Source: Candidatus Omnitrophota bacterium
GTDB lineage: Bacteria > Omnitrophota > Gorgyraeia > 2-01-FULL-45-10
Direction: 5' to 3'
Assembly: GCA_041650935.1 (NCBI GenBank)
Contig: JBAZKH010000001.1
Span: 283,337 to 347,336 of the forward strand
Length of the DNA: 64,000 bases
Of this stretch, positions 55,518 through 64,000 are shown one piece after another. How positions within the stretch are numbered: the first letter of the stretch is position 1; each line of letters begins with the position of its first letter. The notes beneath the pieces were generated by a model. It was not told the DNA's origin. It was given only the letters and a program-made list of their open reading frames with translations, and did no database searches. The position numbers and the translations under genes were made by a program.

Positions 55518-56582
55518 ATGAATTACGATATCGATAAATATATAAAAGCGATGGTAGAGAAGAACGCATCCGACCTTCATATAGGCGTTGGGGCGCCGGT
55601 ACATTTGAGGGTGGATGAGGTTCTGACCACCATCGATGATAACATACTTACGGATGATGAATGCAAGAAGATCATATACAGTATGCTTAGCAACGAGCAG
55701 AAAGAGAAATTCGAGCGTGAGCTCGAGCTCGATATGTCGTTCGGTATCAAGGGCCTGGGCCGGTTCAGGGTGAATGTCTTTAAACAGAGAGGGAGTATAG
55801 CCGCTTCCATAAGGCTTATCCCCCACGAGATATGGTCGTTCGAACAGTGCGGCCTGCCGGCTGATACGGTTTTGGATTTTTGCAATAAGCCCAAAGGCCT
55901 GATCCTGGTGACCGGCGCGACGGGCAGCGGAAAATCGACAAGCCTTGCTTCTATGGTAAATTGGATAAATGCCAATCGCGCCTGCCATATAATGACCATC
56001 GAGGATCCTATAGAGTTTATATATACCAACGATAAAGCGGTAATAAACCAGCGCGAAGTCTATAGCGATACCTATTCGTTTGGGGCGGCGCTCAAGCACG
56101 TCTTACGACAGGACCCCGATGTCATACTGATAGGCGAAATGCGCGACCTGGAGACGATAGAATCCGCGCTCATTGTGGCCGAGACCGGGCATCTTGTCTT
56201 CGCGACATTGCATACATCGGATTGCGTCCAGACGATAAACAGGATAATAGATGTCTTCCCGGCCCATCAGCAGCAGCAGATACGCACGCAATTATCTTTC
56301 GTTCTTTTGGGCGTGCTGTCACAGCAGTTGATCCCGAAAGCGAGCGGCAAAGGGCGGGTGCTTGCTACGGAAGTGATGGTCGTTACGCCCGCAGTCAAAA
56401 GCCTTATCAGAGAGTCGAAGGGGCATCAGATATACTCCGTTATGCAGACCTCTCAAAAAGAAGGCATGAAGACGATGAACCTGTCGCTTTATGAACTGTA
56501 TCAGAAGAAATCGATAACCTACGAAGAGATGTTCGAAAGGACTACGGATCCGGACGATCTGAAGCGAATCTTTAAGCGGTAA
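55518..56582 (+). CDS. pilT: type IV pilus retraction ATPase PilT
   Basis: Walker A GATGSGKST; Asp box, His box and AIRNLIRE family motifs, each with substitutions (HTSDCVQTINRIIDVF, AVKSLIRE). Confidence 0.9.
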   Translation: MNYDIDKYIKAMVEKNASDLHIGVGAPVHLRVDEVLTTIDDNILTDDECKKIIYSMLSNEQKEKFERELELDMSFGIKGLGRFRVNVFKQRGSIAASIRLIPHEIWSFEQCGLPADTVLDFCNKPKGLILVTGATGSGKSTSLASMVNWINANRACHIMTIEDPIEFIYTNDKAVINQREVYSDTYSFGAALKHVLRQDPDVILIGEMRDLETIESALIVAETGHLVFATLHTSDCVQTINRIIDVFPAHQQQQIRTQLSFVLLGVLSQQLIPKASGKGRVLATEVMVVTPAVKSLIRESKGHQIYSVMQTSQKEGMKTMNLSLYELYQKKSITYEEMFERTTDPDDLKRIFKR

Positions 56583-56585
56583 GGT

Positions 56586-57041
56586 GTGTTTATGCCATCA
56601 ATGAAGCGCATAGTTTCGAAACAACTGGGCGATCTTCTCCTCGAAAGAGGGGTAATAAACCATTCGCAGCTCGAAAGGGCTATTAAGCTGCAGAAAGAGA
56701 AAGGCGGCCTGATCGGGCAGATCCTCGTAAGCCTCGGTTTTGTGAAAGAAGAAGAGATCGCGCAGGCCCTGACCGTCCAGTACGGTTTTCCTTATCTTCC
56801 GCTGGAGTGTTACGATATAAATAAAGAAGCCATCAAGCTCATCCCGGAAAATGTTGCCCTGCAGTATAATCTTGTGGCGATCGATAAGATAGGAGACCTC
56901 CTCACGATAGCCATGTCGAATCCTCTTAACTATCAGGCCATAGAAGACATCGAGGTGCTTACCAAGTGCAAAGTTCAGGTTTTTGTCAGTACGATGACCG
57001 ATATAAATAATGCCGTACTGAAACATTATCCTAAGCTATGA
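56586..57041 (+). CDS. stand-alone T2SS-E/PilB N-terminal (MshEN-like) domain protein, 151 aa, no ATPase domain
   Basis: Sequence QLGDLLLERGVINHSQLERAIKLQ matches the MshEN-type c-di-GMP-binding motif at nearly all positions; paralogous to the N-termini of the two downstream PilB proteins. Confidence 0.7.
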   Translation: MFMPSMKRIVSKQLGDLLLERGVINHSQLERAIKLQKEKGGLIGQILVSLGFVKEEEIAQALTVQYGFPYLPLECYDINKEAIKLIPENVALQYNLVAIDKIGDLLTIAMSNPLNYQAIEDIEVLTKCKVQVFVSTMTDINNAVLKHYPKL

Positions 57042-58771
57042 TACTGGAACTGAAAGATAAACTTACCAAGGTGCTCGTTGCCAGAGGGCTCCTGAAAGAG
57101 GGAGATCTTAAGAAGGCGCTTTCTCTGCAAAAGGAGAAAGGCGGTTCCTTGAGCGACATCCTGGTGGAGCTGGGTTTCGTTACGCGGAACGATCTCATGA
57201 TAGCCATGAGCCAAGGTTTCGATATCCCGCCCATAAATCTCTCCCGCTATAAGATAGATCCCGAAGTTATCAAGCTCATCCCAAAAAAGATTGCCAAAAA
57301 CTACAAGATACTGCCTATATCAAAGATGGGAGACAGGCTGATGCTTGCCGTGGCGGATCCGCTGAATATATTTTTGCTGGATGATATAAAGACGCTGACC
57401 GGTTTTAAAATAAATCCCGTTATCGCGACCGAAAAAGATATAAGCGATGCGCAGCGGCAATACTACGATGAAAATGCCTACGTGGCTATCGAAAAGATAG
57501 TCGGCGATATGGAAGAGGCCAGCGAGATAAAACTCCTGGAGGAAGCGGAGCTTTCCGTCCAGAGCTCTTCCGAGCTTTTAAGGATTACGCAGGATGCGCC
57601 CGTCGTAAAGATAACTAACCTGCTCCTGGCGGAGGCCGTCAATCTTCGCTCGAGCGATATCCTTATAGAGCCTCTTGAGGACCAGATGCGTGTGCGGTAC
57701 AGGGTTGACGGTGTATTGCGGGAAGGCCGGCGTTCGCCTATTTCGCTGCATAATGCCGTGATCTCGCGGCTCAAAGTTATGTCGAATCTCGATATTGCGG
57801 AGAGGCGCCTTCCTCAGGACGGGAGGTTCAAAGCAAAATTGCACGGAAGGGAAGTCGATTTCAGGATATCGGTCATCCCGTCCAGCAGGGGCGAGAAGAT
57901 CGCGCTCAGGATACTGGATAAAACCCAGGCAAATCTCGATATGAATAAGCTGGGTTTTGATAAGGGCGCGCTTGAAGATATAAGCCGGGCCGCCGCGCGT
58001 CCGCACGGAATGATACTTATGTGCGGTCCGACGGGCTGCGGTAAGACGACTACGCTCTATTCGGTCATGCAGCATGTGAATTCCCCGGAAAAGAATATCG
58101 TTACCGTCGAAGATCCGGTCGAATATCTCATAGAGGGTGTCAACCAGGTTACCGCGCGCCCGGAGATAGGGCTCACTTTTGCATCGGCCCTCAGGTCGAT
58201 ACTGCGGCAGGACCCGAACATAATAATGATAGGCGAGATAAGGGATTTCGAAACCGTCGATATTGCCATAAAGGCCGCGCTTACCGGCCACCTGGTCTTA
58301 AGCACGCTTCATACTACGACCGCCACAGGTTCCGTGATACGCCTCGTCAATATGGGCGTAGAGCCGTTCCTTATCACTTCGTCGCTGATCCTTGTGGGCG
58401 CCCAGCGGCTCGTCCGGCGCCTTTGTCAAAGTTGCAGAGAGCCATATGAACTGACGGGCGACGCGCAGGCCCGGTTAAATATAAAACTGGAAAAAGGGAA
58501 GAATATTTTCTACAGGGCCAAAGGGTGCGATTCCTGTTTCAATATAGGGTATAAGGGCAGGGTAGCTCTTATCGAAGTCCTCCCGATGAGCCCTAAGATC
58601 AGGGCGCTTATTCTCGAAAATGCGCAGGAAAATAAGATCAGGGAAGAGGCCAGGCGCGAAGGCATGACGACGCTTCGGGATAGCGGCATTAAGAATGCCG
58701 TCGAAGGAGTCACTACGCTAGAAGAGGTCCTGCGTGTTACCGCAGGAGACCAGGATCTGGATACGGTATAA
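57038..58771 (+). CDS. pilB: type IV pilus assembly ATPase PilB/GspE paralog 1
   Basis: GspE N-domain, Walker A GPTGCGKTTT, Asp/His boxes, tetracysteine CQSC...CDSC. Confidence 0.9.
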   Translation: MILELKDKLTKVLVARGLLKEGDLKKALSLQKEKGGSLSDILVELGFVTRNDLMIAMSQGFDIPPINLSRYKIDPEVIKLIPKKIAKNYKILPISKMGDRLMLAVADPLNIFLLDDIKTLTGFKINPVIATEKDISDAQRQYYDENAYVAIEKIVGDMEEASEIKLLEEAELSVQSSSELLRITQDAPVVKITNLLLAEAVNLRSSDILIEPLEDQMRVRYRVDGVLREGRRSPISLHNAVISRLKVMSNLDIAERRLPQDGRFKAKLHGREVDFRISVIPSSRGEKIALRILDKTQANLDMNKLGFDKGALEDISRAAARPHGMILMCGPTGCGKTTTLYSVMQHVNSPEKNIVTVEDPVEYLIEGVNQVTARPEIGLTFASALRSILRQDPNIIMIGEIRDFETVDIAIKAALTGHLVLSTLHTTTATGSVIRLVNMGVEPFLITSSLILVGAQRLVRRLCQSCREPYELTGDAQARLNIKLEKGKNIFYRAKGCDSCFNIGYKGRVALIEVLPMSPKIRALILENAQENKIREEARREGMTTLRDSGIKNAVEGVTTLEEVLRVTAGDQDLDTV

Positions 58772-58774
58772 AAT

Positions 58775-60508
58775 ATGGTCGGATCGTTCAGAGACAGATT
58801 GGTCGATACGCTTATAAAAGGCAAGCTTGTCAAAGAGAATGACCTTAAGTCCGCTCTCGACATTCAGCGCCGCTTCGGCGGAAGCTTGGGTAAGATACTG
58901 ATAGACAGGGGGTTCATATCGGAAAAAGAGCTGATGGTGGCGATGAGCCAGCAATTGAATATCCCGCCGATCGACCTGTCCAAGTATAAAATAGACAAGG
59001 CTCTTATAGAATTGATCCCGGAAAAGACGGCGCGGCAGTATTTAATCATGCCGGTATCAAAGCTTGGAAAGGTGCTTACCGTTGCCATGTCCGATCCGCT
59101 GAACCTCTTTGCGATAGACGACCTCAAGATGCTGACAAAATTTCAGATAGACCCGGTTATAGCTACGGAGAATGACATAAAAGAAGCGATAAATAATTAT
59201 TACGGCGGCCACGCGCAAGAGATATCGAAGATACTGGAAGAGATGCCCCGGGAAGGGGTGGAGATACAGGACGGAGATCTGGAAGACGCCGAGGAAGATG
59301 TCGATATAGGCGAGATGGCCGAGGAGTCGAAGTCAGCGCCCATAGTCAAGATCGTCAGTCTTATCCTGAACGAAGCGATGAAGCGCCGCGCAAGCGATAT
59401 CCATATCGAGCCATGTGAAAAAAATCTGCATATACGTTACCGCATAGACGGCACTCTCCGCGATGCCTTTACGCTGCCGAAGAGGAACCAGGGCGCGGTC
59501 ATCGCGAGGCTTAAGATAATGTCGAAGCTCGACATAACGGAAATGAGGGTCCCGCAGGACGGGCGTTTTAAAATAAACTTCGAGGGAAGGGAGATAGATT
59601 TCCGCGTATCCGTACTGCCGATTACTTTTGGCGGGAAGATCGTCCTCCGCGCCCTCGATAAGGCCAGTTTAAGCACCGGTATAGATAAACTGGGGTTCTT
59701 ACCAGGCCCGATGAGCACCTTCAGGACCGCATTAGAGAGGCCTTATGGGATGATCCTGGTAACGGGGCCGACAGGCAGCGGCAAATCGACCACGCTCTAT
59801 TCGATAGTGACGCAGCTCAATACGCCGGAACGAAATATAATTACGCTCGAGGATCCCGTGGAATATGAAGTGGAAGGTATTACTCAGATCCAGGCAAAAC
59901 CGGAGATAGGATTGACTTTCTCGAACGGTCTGAAGTCAGTGCTGAGACAGAGTCCCGACATAGTGATGGTCGGAGAGATCAGGGATTTCGAAACGGCGGA
60001 TATTGCGATAAAGGCGTCTTTGACCGGGCAGATCATACTGAGCACCCTGCATACGAACGATTCCGCCGGCGCCATAACGAGGCTCATCGATATGGGCGTC
60101 GAGCCGTTTCTTGTGGCGTCGAGCATTGTCCTGGTCTCGGCGCAGCGGCTCATGCGCAAGATCTGCCCGGCATGCAAAGTTCCGGTAGAGATACCGCCCG
60201 CCGTCTTAAAGAGATTCGGCCTGAAGCCGGAAGATATCGCCAAACGCGGGGTAAAAAATTTTTACAAGGGAGAGGGCTGCGCGAAGTGCAACGGCACCGG
60301 TTATTACGGCAGGCTCGGTATACTCGAAGCTCTCCTTATCGACGACAAGGTCCGCGATATGGTGATGAGGAAGGTCCCAAGCGATCTTATAAAAGAGTAT
60401 GCCGTGAATGAACTCAAGATGATGACACTGCGGGATAATGCGGTAGAGAACTTCCTGAACGGCGTCACATCTTTCGAAGAAGTTTTACGTGTAACCTCGG
60501 AGGATTGA
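58775..60508 (+). CDS. pilB: type IV pilus assembly ATPase PilB/GspE paralog 2
   Basis: Walker A GPTGSGKSTT, tetracysteine CPAC...CAKC; same 577-aa length as paralog 1. Confidence 0.9.
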   Translation: MVGSFRDRLVDTLIKGKLVKENDLKSALDIQRRFGGSLGKILIDRGFISEKELMVAMSQQLNIPPIDLSKYKIDKALIELIPEKTARQYLIMPVSKLGKVLTVAMSDPLNLFAIDDLKMLTKFQIDPVIATENDIKEAINNYYGGHAQEISKILEEMPREGVEIQDGDLEDAEEDVDIGEMAEESKSAPIVKIVSLILNEAMKRRASDIHIEPCEKNLHIRYRIDGTLRDAFTLPKRNQGAVIARLKIMSKLDITEMRVPQDGRFKINFEGREIDFRVSVLPITFGGKIVLRALDKASLSTGIDKLGFLPGPMSTFRTALERPYGMILVTGPTGSGKSTTLYSIVTQLNTPERNIITLEDPVEYEVEGITQIQAKPEIGLTFSNGLKSVLRQSPDIVMVGEIRDFETADIAIKASLTGQIILSTLHTNDSAGAITRLIDMGVEPFLVASSIVLVSAQRLMRKICPACKVPVEIPPAVLKRFGLKPEDIAKRGVKNFYKGEGCAKCNGTGYYGRLGILEALLIDDKVRDMVMRKVPSDLIKEYAVNELKMMTLRDNAVENFLNGVTSFEEVLRVTSED

Positions 60509-60509
60509 T

Positions 60510-61733
60510 TTGAGCTTTAAGTATACGGCAAAGAGCAAGGAAGGCAAGAGCGTATCCGGCACGCTGGATGCTGCGGACCGCGCGGCGGCGATAAGCCTGC
60601 TGAGAAAACAGGAGCTTATCATCGTATCGCTTGATGAAACGGTAAAGTCCGGCTCCCCGTTTAAATTACCCTTCGGGATGATGGGCATGAAGAAGAAGGT
60701 AAAGATCGACGACCTTGTAATATTTTCGCGGCAGCTTGCCACGATGGTCGACGCGGGCATCCCTCTTGTGAGCGCGCTCGATATCCTCGGCGAGCAGATA
60801 GAGAATAAGACGTTTAGCGCCGTTGTAAGGGAGATCCGAAACGAAGTAGAGACCGGCTCGAGTTTTTCCGAGTCGCTTGCCAGGCACAAGACGGTCTTTT
60901 CGCAGTTATTCGTCAACATGGTGAAGGCCGGCGAAACGAGCGGAATGCTCGACGAGATACTCGACCGCGTGGCGACATACCTCGAGAAGACGAGCGCGCT
61001 CCAGCGGAAGGTGAAGACGGCGCTCGTATATCCGGCGGTCGTCAGCGGTATGGCGCTTGCCATAACACTTCTATTACTGCTTAAGGTCATACCTGTCTTT
61101 AAAGGAATATTCGAAGGTTTCGGCGCGCAGCTGCCGAGGCCTACCCTTATACTTATAACTATAAGCGATGCCCTGCAAAAATACTTTATATTCGGCGCCG
61201 GCCTGGCGATAGGCCTGGGCTTTCTCCTCTTCAGGCTTGTCCGGACCGAAAAGGGCAGGCTCAAGTTCGATACGTTATTACTGCGTCTGCCGGTATTCGG
61301 CATACTCTTTATAAAAGTAGCCGTGAGCAAATTCACAAGGACGCTCTCGACGCTGATAAAATCCGGCGTCCCGATACTTGCCGCCCTCGATATAGTGGGG
61401 AAGACGTCCGGCAATAAGCTCGTCGAGAAGACGATAGACAACGTCCGCGCGAACGTCCGCGAAGGCGAAAGCGTCGCTGAGCCGCTGGCCAGGTCCAAGA
61501 TATTCCCTCCGATGGTCACGCGGATGGTCTCGGTGGGCGAACAGACCGGCGAACTCGAGAAGATGCTCTCTAAGATAGCCGATTTTTACGACGAGCAGGT
61601 GGATGCCGCGGTCGGTTCGCTTACGAGCATGATGGAGCCGTTTATAATAGCTTTCTTAGGTATCGTTATAGGCTCGATAGTCATTTGTATGTTCTTGCCG
61701 ATATTCAAGATAACGTCGATAGTGAGCGGTTAG
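60510..61733 (+). CDS. pilC: type IV pilus platform protein PilC (GspF family)
   Basis: Two GspF repeats, 3 TM segments. Confidence 0.9.
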   Translation: MSFKYTAKSKEGKSVSGTLDAADRAAAISLLRKQELIIVSLDETVKSGSPFKLPFGMMGMKKKVKIDDLVIFSRQLATMVDAGIPLVSALDILGEQIENKTFSAVVREIRNEVETGSSFSESLARHKTVFSQLFVNMVKAGETSGMLDEILDRVATYLEKTSALQRKVKTALVYPAVVSGMALAITLLLLLKVIPVFKGIFEGFGAQLPRPTLILITISDALQKYFIFGAGLAIGLGFLLFRLVRTEKGRLKFDTLLLRLPVFGILFIKVAVSKFTRTLSTLIKSGVPILAALDIVGKTSGNKLVEKTIDNVRANVREGESVAEPLARSKIFPPMVTRMVSVGEQTGELEKMLSKIADFYDEQVDAAVGSLTSMMEPFIIAFLGIVIGSIVICMFLPIFKITSIVSG

Positions 61734-61737
61734 GGCC

Positions 61738-62085
61738 ATGAAGGATAAAAGAGCGGGTATGAGCCTGGTAGAGATTATCGTAGCCATGGTGATCATAGCG
61801 ATTGCCACCATCGCGTCTTTCCAATTCCTTGTCCACTGCGATAAATTCGTCATAATGGCCGATAATAAGGTAGCCGCCGCGAATTTTGCCCGCGAAATAA
61901 TGGAAGATTATTATCAGGAAGACTACGATGACCTTGCTGTGGGCAGTCATAGCGTGAGCATTGCCGCTCTGGCGAGCAGGCTGCATAACGGGACCGGGTC
62001 ATACGAAATTGGTTCCGAAAAGACGGAATCTGCTACCAGCACCAAATACAAAGTAATAACGGTTAAGGTGGGCTGGGACCCATGA
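61738..62085 (+). CDS. prepilin-type N-terminal cleavage/methylation domain protein (pilin, copy 1)
   Basis: RAG/MSLVEIIVAMVIIAI class III signal with Glu+5. Confidence 0.8.
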   Translation: MKDKRAGMSLVEIIVAMVIIAIATIASFQFLVHCDKFVIMADNKVAAANFAREIMEDYYQEDYDDLAVGSHSVSIAALASRLHNGTGSYEIGSEKTESATSTKYKVITVKVGWDP

Positions 62086-62576
62086 TGAAAAGAGGCGTGA
62101 CGCTCATAGAGCTTATGATAGTCTTATTGGTAAGCGGTATCGTTGTCTTTGCCGTAGCTACCCAGTTTGTCTCGGTAACCTATTTCCGTAATATGATAGA
62201 AGACCAGTCCGTGGTTACGACCGAAGCGAATATGGCTATGCATAATATGACTAAGATTCTCAGGTATGCGAAGTCTTCGATGCCCGTAACGGTAACCAAT
62301 AATTCAAGCGTTACCAGCCTTGAGGCGACTATTTCGGGCGACGGCTATCTCGACGGTATAACCTCCGATAAAAAGGTTATCTTTACCCATAATAAAGCCA
62401 GCGGCGAGTTTATTTATCAATTAGACATATCGGGTACGCCGCGCGTTATAGCGAAGTACATAAGCTCCTTCGCTCCCGCGTATGATGGTGTAAATGAACT
62501 GCTTTTGAAGATTACCGCGAAGAAGAATATAAGGAGTTCTTCGCTTGAATCGAAAGTCCACTTTCTGGGGAAATAG
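62082..62576 (+). CDS. prepilin-type pilin/pseudopilin
   Basis: KRG/VTLIELMIVLLVSGIVVF class III signal with Glu+5. Confidence 0.75.
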   Translation: MMKRGVTLIELMIVLLVSGIVVFAVATQFVSVTYFRNMIEDQSVVTTEANMAMHNMTKILRYAKSSMPVTVTNNSSVTSLEATISGDGYLDGITSDKKVIFTHNKASGEFIYQLDISGTPRVIAKYISSFAPAYDGVNELLLKITAKKNIRSSSLESKVHFLGK

Positions 62577-62581
62577 AAGAT

Positions 62582-62962
62582 ATGGTAAGGGATAAAAAAG
62601 GCTCTTTACTTATTATTGCTATGATATTTATGCTGACAGCCTTGATTTCCAGCCTCGTTCTTTACAGCTCCATATACAATTTTTCCAAGACGCATGGTGT
62701 GCGGGAGACCAGGCAGGTAAGGGGGACTTATCTCGCCTACGCGGGGCAGGTTTACGCTACGATGCTGCTTAAAAATCCCGTGACATACGCGGGGTTTGCT
62801 TCCGATCCGCCGCTTAATGGGGCCTCGGTAACTAAGACGATAAGCTCGACCCATAGCGTGGGCGCCGATCTCGGTCTTGCAAGCAATGAAACGATTGTTG
62901 TTAAAATGGTTTATAGCACGAGCACGGGTAAATATACGGTGACATCTACGTATTCTAACTAA
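62582..62962 (+). CDS. minor pilin-like protein lacking Glu+5 (PilX/GspK-like?)
   Basis: KKG/SLLIIAMIFML hydrophobic N-terminus without the conserved Glu. Confidence 0.4.
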   Translation: MVRDKKGSLLIIAMIFMLTALISSLVLYSSIYNFSKTHGVRETRQVRGTYLAYAGQVYATMLLKNPVTYAGFASDPPLNGASVTKTISSTHSVGADLGLASNETIVVKMVYSTSTGKYTVTSTYSN

Positions 62963-62980
62963 AAATGAAGGAGGGTTTTT

Positions 62981-63631
62981 GTGAAAAATAACATCGCGGG
63001 CATCCTGATCGCGGCGCTCATTTTTGCGGATAGCGTTCTATCATTTGCGGATGAGGTAGTGCTTAAAGCCATCGTGCCCAAAACATCGAGTTATAATATT
63101 CCAAGGACCGGCCAGACCGCTTCTTATAAAACCTATGACGACGGGTACTATCGAAAAGGCGCCCCGTCTGCTCCCGCCGCACAATATACCGATAACGGTG
63201 ATAATACGGTCACCGATAATGGGACAGGCCTGATGTGGATTAAAAACCCTGCGTCGGTAATAGTTGGTTCGTACTATCTATTTACTGCTAAGCAAAAATG
63301 GGCGGACGACATAGATTATATCACGGGTTATATGAATGTTTATGGCTACCCTCCCGGGAAGCTATATAAGGACTGGCGTATGCCAAATATCAAAGAATTG
63401 TTATCTATTGTAAAATATGGCAGTTACCCCGCTACGGATTCGATTTTTGGTTGGCAGACTGGTACCGGGAGCCATTACAATTATTGGTCCAGTACTACGT
63501 ATCTCCCCAGCACCGGCTCTGCGTACGTTGTGCATTTTGATGTTGGTACCGTGGAGCAAAAGGTAAAGACCAATGTTGACGATGCGATGTTTGTCCGCCC
63601 CGTTCGCGGTGGAGAGGGCGGATTGCACTAA
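62981..63631 (+). CDS. secreted protein, possibly DUF1566/Lcl C-terminal-like, within the pilin cluster
   Basis: Signal peptide; TGLMWIKNPA and WRMPNIKELLSIV motifs recalled as typical of DUF1566. Confidence 0.4.
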   Translation: MKNNIAGILIAALIFADSVLSFADEVVLKAIVPKTSSYNIPRTGQTASYKTYDDGYYRKGAPSAPAAQYTDNGDNTVTDNGTGLMWIKNPASVIVGSYYLFTAKQKWADDIDYITGYMNVYGYPPGKLYKDWRMPNIKELLSIVKYGSYPATDSIFGWQTGTGSHYNYWSSTTYLPSTGSAYVVHFDVGTVEQKVKTNVDDAMFVRPVRGGEGGLH

Positions 63632-63693
63632 CAGCTCATGTATAATAGCGATAATGGTAGTGGTATGGTTACCGATAACGGTCCAGATGAGAT

Positions 63694-64000
63694 ATGAGAA
63701 ATAGAAGAGCCGGTGTGACCTTGATAGAGCTTGTAATAGCGGTAATGATTATAGCGGTTGCCGCCATAGCGTCCTTCCAGTTTCTGGTCTATTGCGATAA
63801 GTTCGTAAGCAGGGCCACAGACAGGATCGTTGCCGCCAACCTTGCCCGTGAAACGATGGAGATGTTTTATGGAAGGGACTATGACAGCCTTGGTACGGGC
63901 AGCGGCAGTGTTTCGCTTCCCGCCGGTAATATACTCTCGTCGCGCCATACCAATGTCAAGAGGGAATACCGCATCAATGAGCATACAGATAGCGGCACCG
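63694..64000 (+). CDS. prepilin-type pilin, copy 2 (3' end outside window)
   Basis: Hand-translated MRNRRAGVTLIELVIAVMIIAVAAIASFQFLVYCDKFV..., clear paralog of the 61738-62085 pilin; ORF runs off the window end. Confidence 0.75.
   Translation, partial: MRNRRAGVTLIELVIAVMIIAVAAIASFQFLVYCDKFVSRATDRIVAANLARETMEMFYGRDYDSLGTGSGSVSLPAGNILSSRHTNVKREYRINEHTDSGT

Noticed and set aside
54984-56099. 371-aa minus-strand ORF
   Set aside because: It overlaps the GGDEF domain gene and pilT, both strongly supported. It is a shadow ORF.

Overview
This is a 64-kb, gene-dense window (about 1 gene/kb) of mostly housekeeping genes. All 65 genes I can support lie on the + strand, and I found no tRNA, rRNA, CRISPR array or transposase.

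Gene order, in four blocks:
(1) A tightly overlapping trpE(partial)-G-D-C-F-B-[unknown ORF]-A cluster runs straight into ruvX, an M16 peptidase, an M50/CBS site-2 protease and rpe.
(2) Next come pgm/pmm, lepA, lepB, pgsA and plsY, then an AT-rich patch with two small hypothetical ORFs.
(3) A block with Bacillus-like synteny follows: ilvE-mcsA-mcsB-clpC, then (AsmA-like?)-mlaEFD-yacL-like PIN/TRAM-ispD-ispF-cysE-cysS-tmk-holB-PSP1(yaaT)-metG. After it come yggS-proC-yggT, mtnP, ileS, a dksA/traR-like gene, lspA, lgt, rluD and aroA.
(4) A lipoprotein and a 1160-aa GGDEF + AAA/STAND ATPase + HEAT-repeat protein are fused by gene overlap onto mreBCD-mrdA-rodA and a TIGR03960-like radical SAM gene. 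A cyclic-di-GMP-linked type IV pilus module closes the window: HAMP-GAF-GGDEF, pilT, a stand-alone MshEN-like domain protein, two tandem pilB paralogs, pilC, and at least five pilin-like genes plus a secreted DUF1566-like protein.

The taxon is not identifiable by eye. Mla genes together with Firmicutes-like synteny suggest a diderm lineage with Firmicutes-like gene order; this is inference only.

Most notable non-coding signals:
- An 18-bp perfect palindrome, TTCCACCCCGGGGTGGAA, occurs three times intergenically.
- A roughly 50-nt conserved stem-loop occurs twice, with compensatory base changes in the stem.
- There are several large inverted repeats and heptanucleotide tandem repeats, including two inside cysS.
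- A previously unannotated-looking ORF interrupts the trp operon between trpB and trpA.
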